The notes beneath the pieces are model-generated. The model had not been told where the DNA came from. It did no database searches and saw only the letters and a list, made by a program, of their open reading frames with translations. Shown one piece after another: positions 53,649 through 63,043 of a stretch of 64,000 nucleotides of DNA. The stretch's first letter is position 1; the number at the start of each line of letters is the position of its first letter. A program made the translations under genes and the position numbers. Source of the stretch: Bacteroidota bacterium (GTDB lineage Bacteria; Bacteroidota; Ignavibacteria; Kryptoniales; JAKASW01); assembly GCA_021825585.1 (NCBI GenBank), contig JAKAGT010000009.1, positions 90,915-154,914 on the forward strand, given 5' to 3'.

Positions 53649-54716
53649 ATGAAAGCAGACAACGAAACGACGCTCTGGTCGGAAGACACGATGTACGACG
53701 CCTTCATGAGACGCGACAGCTCGTATGAAGGCATTTTCTTCGTGGCGGTAAAAACGACCGGGATATTCTGCCGGCCGACCTGCACGGCGAGGCGAGCGAA
53801 AAGAGAAAACATAGAGTTTTTTCATTCTGCGAAAGACGCGCTCCTCAACGGCTACCGGCCATGTAGGGTCTGTAAACCGCTCGAACCGCTCGGCGCTACT
53901 CCCGACTACATCCAAAAGCTGATCGACACAATTACGGCCAATCCGTCGAAGAAGATAACCGACTACGATCTTGTCGGGATGAACATCGAGCCGAACAAGG
54001 TGCGCCGCTGGTTCAAGACAAATCATGGATTGAGCTTTCAGGGATATCAGAGAATGCTCAGGATCAACGGTGCCTTGCACCAGATCAAGAATGGCGGGGA
54101 GGTCACGCAAGCAGCCTTCGAAAACGGCTACGACTCGCTCAGCGGTTTCTCGGACGCCTTCAAGAAGATAATGGGCACAACTCCGGCGAACGGGAAGTTC
54201 GCCAACGTGATATACATGCATCGCATCGCGACTCCGCTCGGCCCGATGATCGCCTGCGCCACAGATGACGGGTTATGCCTGCTGGAGTTCACAGACAGAC
54301 GGATGTTTCCGCTCGAGCTGAAAGACCTGAGGCGGCTCCTGAAAGCCAACTTCTTGTACGGCACAAACGAGCACATCCTGAATCTCGAGAAGCAACTGGA
54401 CGAATACTTCGATGGTAAAAGAAAGGCATTCGAGGTTCCGCTTGTGACTCCGGGCTCCGAATTTCAAAAATCCGTATGGCGGCAGCTCACCACCATACCC
54501 TACGGGAAGACCAGGTCTTATGAAGAACAGGCGATCGCGATCAACAACCTCAAGGCAATCAGGGCCGTCGCGAGTGCAAACGGTGCCAACCGAATCGCCC
54601 TTGTAATTCCGTGTCACCGCGTAATCGGCAAAGATGGAAGTCTGACAGGCTACGGCGGCGGACTCTGGCGCAAGAAATGGCTCCTGGACTTCGAAAAGAA
54701 GAATACGGAGCCGTAA
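53649..54716 (+). CDS. ada: Bifunctional Ada: Zn-finger methylphosphotriester acceptor + AraC HTH + O6-methylguanine-DNA methyltransferase
   Basis: Ada_Zn_binding FFVAVKTTGIFCRPTCTARRAK...GYRPCRVCKP. AraC-type HTH ...FENGYDSLSGFSDAFKKIMGTTP. MGMT active site IPCHRVIGKDGSLTGYGGG. Confidence 0.85.
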   Translation: MKADNETTLWSEDTMYDAFMRRDSSYEGIFFVAVKTTGIFCRPTCTARRAKRENIEFFHSAKDALLNGYRPCRVCKPLEPLGATPDYIQKLIDTITANPSKKITDYDLVGMNIEPNKVRRWFKTNHGLSFQGYQRMLRINGALHQIKNGGEVTQAAFENGYDSLSGFSDAFKKIMGTTPANGKFANVIYMHRIATPLGPMIACATDDGLCLLEFTDRRMFPLELKDLRRLLKANFLYGTNEHILNLEKQLDEYFDGKRKAFEVPLVTPGSEFQKSVWRQLTTIPYGKTRSYEEQAIAINNLKAIRAVASANGANRIALVIPCHRVIGKDGSLTGYGGGLWRKKWLLDFEKKNTEP

Positions 54717-54852
54717 CCTTCATCTGGCGGGAATTATCGAGACCGCATCGGTAAATCAGAAAACCGGGTAATTCTTATTATGCGCCCTGTGTGTTTCAGT
54801 CCTTCCCTTCAGTCGTGCGAGCCAAGAGATTTGAATTTTCGGTCACCCTCGT

Positions 54853-55677
54853 TTAGTTTCTTACAGATGAACACCCGTCGGTTCTGGCCGGTTCTTGGCA
54901 TCCTCCTTTTCGTCCCAATCGTTTCATTATCACAAACGTTTTCCACACCCGGAGAAGCCCACGCAAGCTATTTCGAAGAAATAAAAGCCGCGGAAGCGCA
55001 GCATGCCGATCTCTGGGACATGAACATGTACGGCCCGATCCTCCTCGTGAACCCATCGACCAGACAAATCTTCTCGAATTTTCCCGACGCGGGCGGGACC
55101 CTAAGATGGATACAAAGTCGTGAAAGACCCTTACGATCAAAACTACTCGATCGAGAAACTGACTTCGGGAAATTGAGACGCCCCCACGTGGAACAGTTTG
55201 GGCGTTCTTCTCGTAACAACCGCGTTTGCTCCCGCTCAGCCACCAGTAGTACCAGTTCATGCCGATATCGAAACTTGTACCCGCCGGAAACCCTGTCGTG
55301 TCCCAGGTGAAACCGTGATGGGCGTTGGCGTTCCTGACAAGGACTTTGTAGAACGGAGAGCGAATGACGAGGTCCAAGCTGGCCCCTGCGTTTCCGTCTA
55401 CCACGGTGACAGTTATTCCACCGCCTTCCGGCAAACTAATTGAAGCATCGATGCTCTTACCCGGCCTGACTGAACTTATCTCACGCACAGCCTCTCCGGG
55501 CGGCCCCTTCACGCCGGTTGATTTCAGCGGGGACCTTGCGCCAATCCCGCTTGTCGTGTCCATCATGGTTGAAATCGATACGCTGTCTCTGATGTCGACC
55601 TGTCCCTGCGCGGTGTAGACCGATGTCAGAATCATCAGACAAATTGCCGGAAACAAAAATGTGATTCTTGTGTTCAT
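54853..55677 (-). CDS. Hypothetical secreted protein; 3' end uncertain
   Basis: Signal peptide MNTRITFLFPAICLMILTSVYTAQG. The first approximately 170 aa look protein-like. The remaining approximately 100 codons are Arg/Ser-rich and antisense to the 54867 gene, so the real stop was probably lost or lies near 55.2 kb. Confidence 0.4.
   Translation of the reverse strand: MNTRITFLFPAICLMILTSVYTAQGQVDIRDSVSISTMMDTTSGIGARSPLKSTGVKGPPGEAVREISSVRPGKSIDASISLPEGGGITVTVVDGNAGASLDLVIRSPFYKVLVRNANAHHGFTWDTTGFPAGTSFDIGMNWYYWWLSGSKRGCYEKNAQTVPRGGVSISRSQFLDRVVLIVRVFHDFVSILGSRPRRENSRRFVWSMGSRGGSGRTCSCPRDRHAALPRLLFLRNSLRGLLRVWKTFVIMKRLGRKGGCQEPARTDGCSSVRN
54867..55176 (+). pseudogene. Hypothetical secreted protein, probably frameshifted (weak call)
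   Basis: Signal peptide MNTRRFWPVLGILLFVPIVSLSQ. A plausible sequence runs to ...FPDAGGTL. A second frame then continues DGYKVVKDPYDQNYSIEKLTSGN* (stop at 55174-55176), followed by the hairpin ACGCCC...GGGCGT. Confidence 0.3.
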
Positions 55678-55685
55678 GGCTCACC

Positions 55686-56303
55686 TCACTTCAGCATTAG
55701 AATTTTGGAGGTGAACAGTTTCACTCCGGCTTTGTCCTCGACAACCATGCGTACGAAGTAGACGCCGCTCGCCGCCGATATCCCGCGGTCGTCCATTCCG
55801 TTCCACACGACACTGTGCCGGCCCGGACCCGCCGCTCCGTTCACGAGGGTGCGCACCCGCCGCCCGAGAACATCATAGATGGCCAAGCTTACACGAGCGC
55901 CGCTCTGCAGGGAATATCGTATCGTGGTCGAGGGGTTGGACGGATTTGGATATGCCGCGTCCAGCCCTGTCGCAACTCAGGAAAACGCCGTGCCGAATCG
56001 AAGCGTGCGAAAATCGAAGCCGTATCCAAACTTGTCTGTAATGAGCAGTTTCAGTGAGTCCGTGAGCCCCGGCTGGACGTCCATTATGCTGAAGTTGAAC
56101 ACCGCCTCCTGACAATTCCGTTTGCGAGCCCTACCCCGACGAAGGATTGTAACACACCCCACAGTGAATGTCAAGTGGTTTCGGCAAGAAGGTAAATATG
56201 AGCCCGGAATGATCCATGACGTGCGGGAAAGCAAGATATTCACGCGGATCGCCGCGGGAGGAAAGACAATGCATAAGAGCAGTTTTTTGTCTAATTTGTT
56301 CAA
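55686..56303 (-). pseudogene. Remnant of a T9SS substrate: orphan CTD preceded by an in-frame TGA
   Basis: Reading one frame: ...FRTLRFGTAFS-TGA(55979-55977)-VATGLDAAYPNPSNPSTTIRYSLQSGARVSLAIYDVLGRRVRTLVNG...GVYFVRMVV...KILMLK. The part 5' of the stop (ORF 55977-56303) does not look like a folded protein. Confidence 0.5.
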
Positions 56304-56332
56304 ATTGAATTCTCAGATATCATGGTGAAAAT

Positions 56333-57487
56333 GTGATCCGCACGATCGTTTTCGCTGCCGTCGTCTTCTTAATCTTTTCAATCTACGGTTTAGTGAACTA
56401 CTACATCTTTATCCGCGGACTTCATGCCCTGCGCCCGGTCGGCGCTTTGCGAACCGCCTATATTATCGCGTTTATATTCCTCGCCGTTTCGTTCATCGCG
56501 GCGATGCTCCTTGAACGCGCGGACATAATCTCGATAGGCAAACCGCTGACATGGATAGGATCTTTCTGGCTCGGAGCATTCGTGTACTTCCTCCTGACCG
56601 CCGCGGCAATCGATCTGCTCAGGCTGGTCAACCATTCTGTGCACTTCTTCCCTTCGTTCATTACCGGTGACCCGGTTCATTCTGCAAGAGTTGCCGCCTA
56701 CTGCGTCATCTCGCTCGTCGCGGCCGCTGTGATTTACGGCTTCATTAACGCCCACATCATACGCGTGCGGACGTTCGACATAAATGTGGACAAGGCTGCA
56801 GGCGGCCGGAAGAGCCTCAACATCGTGATGGCATCAGACATACACCTCAGCTCGATCATAAACAACGGCCGCATCGGCGCAATCGTGAGAAAGATCAACT
56901 CCCTCTCTCCCGACATCGTACTTCTCCCGGGCGACATCCTGGACGGCGACCTCAACCCGGTCATACACCAGAACCTCGGTGAGGCGCTCCGGCAAATCAA
57001 GGCTCCGCTCGGCGTCTACGCCATCACGGGAAATCACGAATACATCGGAGGTGTCGAGAAAGCATGCAAGTATATAACCGAACACGGCGTTAAGATGCTC
57101 AGGGACTCGACCGTGTTTGTGGGCAACAGTTTCTATGTCATCGGCCGGGAGGACAGGTCCGCCCGAAAGAGGAAATCGCTTAGTGAACTGATGGCAAACG
57201 TGGATAAGAAATATCCGGTCATATTCATGGACCACCAGCCATTCCGTCTCGAGGAGGCGGCGGAGAACGGGGTCGACCTGCAGCTTTCCGGTCACACACA
57301 CTACGGGCAGATGTGGCCGTTCAACTACATAACAGACTTGGTTTACGAGCTGGCCTACGGTTACCTCGTAAAACGCAAGACGCATATATATGTCTCCTCG
57401 GGCGTTGGAACGTGGGGGCCGCCACTCAGGATCGTGGCCGACCCCGAAATCGCGGATTTCCGGCTGAATTTCAAGACGCACGAATAG
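56333..57487 (+). CDS. Membrane-anchored metallophosphoesterase (calcineurin-like, YkuE/YaeI type)
   Basis: Four N-terminal TM helices, followed by MASDIHL, LLPGDILDG, ITGNHEY and LSGHTHYGQ. Confidence 0.85.
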   Translation: MIRTIVFAAVVFLIFSIYGLVNYYIFIRGLHALRPVGALRTAYIIAFIFLAVSFIAAMLLERADIISIGKPLTWIGSFWLGAFVYFLLTAAAIDLLRLVNHSVHFFPSFITGDPVHSARVAAYCVISLVAAAVIYGFINAHIIRVRTFDINVDKAAGGRKSLNIVMASDIHLSSIINNGRIGAIVRKINSLSPDIVLLPGDILDGDLNPVIHQNLGEALRQIKAPLGVYAITGNHEYIGGVEKACKYITEHGVKMLRDSTVFVGNSFYVIGREDRSARKRKSLSELMANVDKKYPVIFMDHQPFRLEEAAENGVDLQLSGHTHYGQMWPFNYITDLVYELAYGYLVKRKTHIYVSSGVGTWGPPLRIVADPEIADFRLNFKTHE

Positions 57488-57536
57488 TTTTTCTTTTAAC
57501 GGCTCCTCTTAAATTAGCGGCAAGGAGGCTGTAGCT

Positions 57537-57749
57537 ATGAATGCTGCTGATATAATCAAAGAAATTGAGAAACTCCCTCTCTCAGAGCGAATTTCCGTCA
57601 TTGAAAAAGCGGTTCGGGCGCTGAGACAGGAAGAGGACTCCCGCCAGATGAGCCGGGCAGCACGCGAACTGCAAGAGGATTACAATAGCGACAAAGAGCT
57701 CACCGCTTTCACAGACCTCGACATGGAAGACTTCTATGAACCAAGGTGA
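57537..57749 (+). CDS. Type II antitoxin-like small protein (addiction-module component)
   Basis: 70 aa, starting IIKEIEKLPLSERISVIEKAVRAL, with an acidic C-terminus. It overlaps the downstream MazF/PemK-like gene by 14 nt. Confidence 0.6.
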   Translation: MNAADIIKEIEKLPLSERISVIEKAVRALRQEEDSRQMSRAARELQEDYNSDKELTAFTDLDMEDFYEPR

Positions 57750-58080
57750 GATCTGGCTTATCGACCTCGATCCGACTGTCGGGACTGAAATGAAGAAGAC
57801 GAGGCCGGGTGTCATCGTGAACGACGACGCTCTTGGAAAGCTCCCGCTCAAAGTGGTGGTCCCTCTAACCGATTGGAAGGACAAGTACAAGGCCGCATCA
57901 TGGATCGTCAAGGTTGAAGTATCGGAAGATAACAATCTGTTGAAACCGTCGGCCGCGGATTGCTTCCAGGTCCGCTCCATCTCTGAACGTAGGTTCGAGA
58001 AACGGATCGGGAAAATATCGGAGTCATCCCTCGGTCAAATCCTGGCTGCTCTGTCGAGAGTACTGACGATAGGAGTTTAA
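57736..58080 (+). CDS. mazF: PemK/MazF-family type II toxin (endoribonuclease)
   Basis: GEIWLIDLDPTVGTEMKKTRPGVIVNDD...VVVPLT is the MazF/PemK signature. Confidence 0.85.
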   Translation: MNQGEIWLIDLDPTVGTEMKKTRPGVIVNDDALGKLPLKVVVPLTDWKDKYKAASWIVKVEVSEDNNLLKPSAADCFQVRSISERRFEKRIGKISESSLGQILAALSRVLTIGV

Positions 58081-58230
58081 AGGAGACTCCGGACTCTCAT
58101 GTGCAATCAGAAGCGCATGAAGTGTGAAAACGGTGACGGAGACGCTTACAGAGACTGCGTCGTTTCAACTGTCCCCCACTCACAGATGATGTCCCTTGGA
58201 ACGCAAAAGACGCAGCGCTGGTTGAGTTAA

Positions 58231-59409
58231 TCAAATGTATGCCTCACAACTGATCCTGGAAGAGAGCTGCCTGTATGCTACATACATCCGAAAGGCATTT
58301 ACCCTTGGAAATTTCCGGTCGCCCGCACCTGTGGAAATCACAATCCTCCAGTTGTGCATTACCGTTGATGTCAGTGAGAACTTGTATGCTTCGGTGCCGC
58401 GTCCCATGTCAACCATCGAGTAGCCCCGGTCGATCGCATCGCTTATCTGCAGAAACGTAAGCGCCTTCCCGGCCCCGCTGAGGCCCGCGGCAGAAAGCCC
58501 CTCCCGGTCGAACCCGCTGACGTATGTATGCAGTCGGCCGTTGAATCTGAGGCAGAGATTGCTCGCCGCGATTCTTCCATTCCAGCGGAGGGTCTTGAAC
58601 CACAGCCTCTCTTTCTGCATAAGTTCCTTTGAGACCGCGAATATGAAGGAGCCGAACCGGCGGTCGGAAAACATGCCGGGATATCCGATTTCATTCCATC
58701 GCTTCTGATGGATATCCTCCAGGGTCCGCAATGCACCGTCTATGTCTCTCGGGCCGGTATTGTCCTCGATCTCGCACCCCGGATTCTGCAGAAAGCCCTT
58801 TAGGGCGTGCCTCAGATTACGCCTCTCGTTTCCGCTGACCGATGCAAGGAAATCGTCCAATGTCTGAGGGAGCATTAATACCGGGCAGGTATCCTCGATT
58901 GCCTTCGTGACAAGAACGCGGCTCTTTTCAAAGAGAGGGACGAGATGGGAGTACAGGAAACCGTTCTCCGGAACGTTTTGTAGCTCGATCTCGTCCCAGA
59001 GATCGGAATCCTGAACGAGCACCGAATGCAGAGAAATGGTGACCTTTTCTTCGAACCCGGGTTCGACAATCGCATCCGGATAGTCGGAAGGTCCCTGCCT
59101 CTCCAAGGGCAGAAGAGGAGAGTAAGCGTTATTCAGTCCGGACCCCAATAGCATGAGCCGCCTGAAGACTCTAAGATGAAGTATCTCGTAAGCTTGAACA
59201 AGGAAGGGTGCAATCCCGACTAATCTGTCCTCCGTCCTGAAAACCGCGACGTACAATTCCCGCCCCTCTTTCATGCCGAAATGTCTCCACCACAAATACT
59301 GCCACTCAAAAGTCTGGAAGACTGTGGCAGATGATTTCAAAGCGAGTTCGTCCCGCTCCGCAGACAAATACCTCATCTGCCGTTGTCGGCATAGTCTCAG
59401 CTTCTTCAT
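58231..59409 (-). CDS. GNAT-fold acetyltransferase, CelD/BcsL (FemAB-like) family
   Basis: TVFQTFEWQYLWWRHFG near the N-terminus, and in the C-terminal half GRIAASNLCLRFNGRLHTYVSGFD...GAGKALTFLQISDAIDRGYSMVDMGRG. These are typical of CelD-like proteins. Confidence 0.7.
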   Translation of the reverse strand: MKKLRLCRQRQMRYLSAERDELALKSSATVFQTFEWQYLWWRHFGMKEGRELYVAVFRTEDRLVGIAPFLVQAYEILHLRVFRRLMLLGSGLNNAYSPLLPLERQGPSDYPDAIVEPGFEEKVTISLHSVLVQDSDLWDEIELQNVPENGFLYSHLVPLFEKSRVLVTKAIEDTCPVLMLPQTLDDFLASVSGNERRNLRHALKGFLQNPGCEIEDNTGPRDIDGALRTLEDIHQKRWNEIGYPGMFSDRRFGSFIFAVSKELMQKERLWFKTLRWNGRIAASNLCLRFNGRLHTYVSGFDREGLSAAGLSGAGKALTFLQISDAIDRGYSMVDMGRGTEAYKFSLTSTVMHNWRIVISTGAGDRKFPRVNAFRMYVAYRQLSSRISCEAYI

Positions 59410-59909
59410 AGTAAGAGCCGGGCATGGTCCAGATTTCCCTGGTTCTCTCGTTCATTGCATTCTCCTCCTCGATGGGGATGGAGAGGCTATCGTTTCCGTA
59501 CTGTGTTTGATTTTGTGCGCGTTCATTCCAACCTCATCGTTTTCTTAGAGTGGTTGTTACACTGCAGCAGTCGTCCTTTCGGTCCGGGCACCCGAGTGGC
59601 GGAAGACATTTTCTTTCCTTACGCCTAACCATTGACCCGCTTCCCTCACCAGCGGTTTCAAGACTGCATCCATTTGGGACCTATCCTTTTTGTTGCTCAA
59701 GCCTTTCGCAGCTCGTTGGCTCCAGCTCAACTCTGCAATCCGTTTTCCTTCCCCGAGAGAAGGCTGCTGCGTCACACGAGGTTGCGGTCACTGTATTACG
59801 TCGGCTTTACATTGAGGTGTTTGGACCGTTCGATTATCGGACTCATCGGCGATCCATCTCAGTACTTGTCGCGCATCGGACTCAATCGCTCTTTTACATC
59901 TTGTTCAAA

Positions 59910-60694
59910 GTGCATGCCGCGGGAGCTCGTCGTGAAAGGTGCCCGAATATCGCTTCGCGAATCAAAATTGCACCGTGTGTAGTCAGGACGCTGCATCACT
60001 ATGATCACATCGGACTCCTGAAGCCTGCTTCGCGCAATGCCGCGAGATACAGATTTTACGGCGAAGCCGAGCTGCTCAGACTGCAACAAATCCTTTTTTC
60101 AAGGAGCTTGATTGCAGTCTCGAGGACATCGCGCGGATACTCGACAGTCCGGGCTTCGATCCGGTCGACGCGCTCGAAGCCCACAGGGAAGAATTGAAAC
60201 GCCGCGCCGAGCGCCTCGATTCGCTCCTTGCCACGATCGACAAAACGATAAAGAAATTGAAAGGAGAGAAAATAGAAATGTCTGATGAAGAATTGTACGG
60301 CGGCCTATCGAAGGAGCAGGTAGATGCCTACGCCGAAGAAGCGAGACAACGCTGGGACCCGAAGCTTGTAAACGAGACGAACGCTCGCGTGAAGAAATGG
60401 TCAAGGCAAAAGTGGGCCGAAGTGAACAAGGAGCTCGACGACATCCTGCGACAACTTGCGGCACTGATGGGAACTCCGGTCGAAGACCGAAAGGTGCAGG
60501 CGCTCGTCGCGCACCACCACGCTTACCTGAACAACTTCTACGAGGTAAAGCCGAACATGTACCGCGGGCTTGGGAAATTGTACGTCGAGGACGCGCGGTT
60601 CCGCGCTTACTTCGAGAAGTATCGTGCCGGACTGGCGGAGTATCTCAATGAAGCTATCGATTTTTACGGCGATAATACCTCGAACAGGAAATAG
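59910..60694 (+). pseudogene. MerR-family / TipAL-like regulator split by a -1 frameshift in a T6 run
   Basis: Frame 0 reads ...VVRTLHHYDHIGLLKPASRNAARYRFYGEAELLRLQQILF. After TTTTTT (60094-60099), frame 2 continues FKELDCSLEDIARILDSPGFDPVDALEAHREELKRRAERLDSLL... and the TipAS-like domain (to 60694). A T7 run would restore the frame. The start (GTG 59910?) is uncertain. Confidence 0.65.
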
Positions 60695-61172
60695 CACGCT
60701 GATGAAACGGATGCGACGGATTCTCACGGATGGAGAACAATCAGCTAATCAATCGCGAGACTCTATTCTGTCGAGATTGCATAAAAGATCTTCTTGTCCG
60801 TGGAATCCGCCTTCTAATCCTTTTCCAACACCATCTTCGGTCCTGGCAGCACGCGGTCCCAGAAGCCTTCGGAGTCCTTGCACCTCGCCTCGTCGCCGTT
60901 GAGATGGTCCGTAAACAAGTTCCAAACACCGCAAAATCCTCGACGTGTCCCGCGGACAAGCTCCAAATGCTGCTTTCCGGCATCCCGGTGAGCGCCTTCG
61001 GCGCCATCCCGACATATAAATAATTTTGACGGGACGAATTCCAAAAGGGCAAACAGGGAAACAATAGTGCTCGTTTTGTCTTTATCAATTGAGGTTTTGT
61101 TTTTGTTTGGAGCTTGTGAGCTGGGATTTGGATCTTCGCTACGACAAAACGTCCGCTTCCGTTGTGCTAAGG

Positions 61173-61655
61173 TTAGAGGTTTGTTGAAGGATCGTCCGCG
61201 CTCGGTCCGTATATCGACGGCACCTTCCCTCCGGCCATGCGAACATAGACCGAAAGCTGTCCGCGATGATGGATCATATCAAAGACCATCATAAGCATGA
61301 ATTCACCCGCGGTCGACTTCGCTCCGGCAAACTCGACAGGCTTTATCAGGTCAGTCTCTGAGAGCTTCTCTATTTTTGGAGCCACATTCGAGGTTTCTTT
61401 CTCGAAGTCTGAAATGATTGTTGATAGCTTGTCCGGAGCATAGGTCTGAAAGACGGATCTATCGAAGTCTTCTTTAAACACATAAGACCTTATCAGATAC
61501 ATTTCGAACACAAAGGTCGACATGACCTTCCTGGCATTCGATGAACGCTCGTGCGGCTTAAAGGCGAGCTTATCTTCGGGAAATGCTTGCATCACCTTCA
61601 GGGTGGTCGCAGTTTCTTTCTTAAACATCTGCAACAAATACTGCTTATCGATCAC
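61173..61655 (-). CDS. DinB-family (DinB_2) four-helix-bundle protein
   Basis: FKKETATTLKVMQAFPEDKLAFKPHERS...MMVFDMIHHRGQLSVYVRMAGGKVPSIYGPS shows the DinB His-triad context. Confidence 0.85.
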   Translation of the reverse strand: MIDKQYLLQMFKKETATTLKVMQAFPEDKLAFKPHERSSNARKVMSTFVFEMYLIRSYVFKEDFDRSVFQTYAPDKLSTIISDFEKETSNVAPKIEKLSETDLIKPVEFAGAKSTAGEFMLMMVFDMIHHRGQLSVYVRMAGGKVPSIYGPSADDPSTNL

Positions 61656-61695
61656 AGTTCCTCCTCGATTAGATCAACTCTTACTGAACAATCCA

Positions 61696-62002
61696 CTACG
61701 TGTCTGTGTTCCAGAATTGTAAGAACACGGCACGAGTCATGTTGGGATCATTTCGTACCTCTGCTCCTTCAGCAGTTTGCCAAACCCAGTCGAATCCTTC
61801 TCTTCCGTCAATTTGAATCGGGCACACCCGTATAAATGCCGCCGTAAGTTCATGAGTGGTCCACAGGTACGATTCCTTGTATCCGCATTCTTTAAGAATA
61901 TCCATGTAGAGTTTCATTAACTTCGTGCCAAGGCCGATGCCTCTGCCGGGTTTCTTCCGGATCATCAAAACGTGATCTAATACTCGATGAGCCGCCAGCG
62001 AA
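61696..62002 (-). pseudogene. GNAT acetyltransferase remnant (5'-deleted and frameshifted)
   Basis: The frame is open right from the qor-like stop: ...VLMIRKKPGRGIGLGTKLMKLYMDILKECGYKESYLWTTHELTAA. It then shifts to (R)HLYGCARFKLTEEKDSTGFGKLLKEQRYEMIPT*. The N-terminal half of the fold is absent. Confidence 0.55.
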
Positions 62003-62980
62003 TTACTGCTCGGGTCTGAAAACTATTTTACCGTGCCTGCCGTCTTTATCGTACGCTTCAAGCGCTTCCCGATATTCCCCCAACGAATACCACGCGGATA
62101 CATCGAGCCTGAATTCCCTCCTGCTGATTACCTCTGCCAGAGAAGCTAACATCCTATCCTTCTGTTCACTCGTCCTGCTTTCCAAGCATCCTCTTACCCC
62201 GAATCCTTTCATGGTAACATTTTTATAAAGGAAGACCGAGTTGTGAAATTCCGCCGTCTCCCGGCTGAGAATTCCGTATACGACTATTCTTGCGTCCACG
62301 GCGACCGACCTAAACAGCTCAGTCCCGGTTTTGCCGCCGACGCTGTCAAGTATTCCGTTAACGCCTTTCCCTCCGGTAATCTCCAGAACCCGCTTCGAAA
62401 TCTCTTCGGTAGAACTGTCTATTACTTCCCTGGCGCCGAGCGATTTCAGCTCACCGGAGTTTTCGGAATTCCTTACCACGAGGATGACTTTGACGCCACG
62501 CTTTGCCGAGATCTGCGCCACGATCCTCGATACACTCGAATTCCCGGCGGTCAGCAACAGCCAGTCGTTCTCTTTCACTCCGACTTCCTCGAGTAATCCC
62601 CACGATGTTACCGGGTTCAGGAAGGACTGGACCGCCTTTTCATCCGGGAGATTTTGAGGCAGAAGGAACAAGTCGGAAGCCGGAACCACCACATATTCCG
62701 CCCACACTCTCTTCGCGAAGAAAGACGCCCTGACGCCGACATGCAAGTCTACGTTCTCACCGACAGCATCTATTATTCCGGCTCCTTCTAGCCCGGCAAC
62801 CTCAGGAAATACCGGCTTGAGTCTGTACTGACCTTTTATAAACATCTCGTCTGCCGGGTTGATGGGACTTCCTATAATTTTCAGCCTGACTTCACCGGCG
62901 CCCGGTTCCGGTTTCTCTATCTCCTTCAATAGCAGAACCCGAGACGGTTCTCCTGCCTGTTCAAAACAAATCGCTTTCAA
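62003..62980 (-). CDS. Medium-chain dehydrogenase/reductase, NADPH:quinone-oxidoreductase-like
   Basis: GEVRLKIIGSPINPADEMFIKGQY...EVAGLEGAGIIDAVGENV, and the Rossmann motif LLTAGNSSVSRIVAQISAKRGVKVILVVR. Confidence 0.85.
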   Translation of the reverse strand: MKAICFEQAGEPSRVLLLKEIEKPEPGAGEVRLKIIGSPINPADEMFIKGQYRLKPVFPEVAGLEGAGIIDAVGENVDLHVGVRASFFAKRVWAEYVVVPASDLFLLPQNLPDEKAVQSFLNPVTSWGLLEEVGVKENDWLLLTAGNSSVSRIVAQISAKRGVKVILVVRNSENSGELKSLGAREVIDSSTEEISKRVLEITGGKGVNGILDSVGGKTGTELFRSVAVDARIVVYGILSRETAEFHNSVFLYKNVTMKGFGVRGCLESRTSEQKDRMLASLAEVISRREFRLDVSAWYSLGEYREALEAYDKDGRHGKIVFRPEQ

Positions 62981-63043
62981 TTTGAAATCATCCTTTCTAT
63001 GACCTGATGAATCGAGCTTTCCTATTTTAATCTCTAGTTGAGA

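Noticed and set aside
55977-55979. In-frame TGA before the orphan CTD as selenocysteine or programmed read-through
   Set aside because: No SECIS-like hairpin is obvious just downstream. The upstream ORF is short and not protein-like, and many other genes nearby are plainly decayed.
59820-59850. GACCGTTCGATTATCGGAC as a tRNA T-arm, and the 59.55-59.90 kb region as RNase P / tmRNA / SRP RNA
   Set aside because: The stems flanking the TTCGATT loop are not complementary. None of the universal motifs (GGAAAGTCC, ACAGAACCCGGCTTA, a tmRNA tag frame, the SRP GGAA/AGCA bulges) are present on either strand.
60741-61088. Cluster of overlapping ORFs between the TipA-like and DinB genes (60730-61023 plus; 60741-61088, 60749-61015 and 60814-61044 minus)
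   Set aside because: Four mutually exclusive frames are open and none has a recognisable motif or RBS. It may be another eroded gene, but I cannot support a call.
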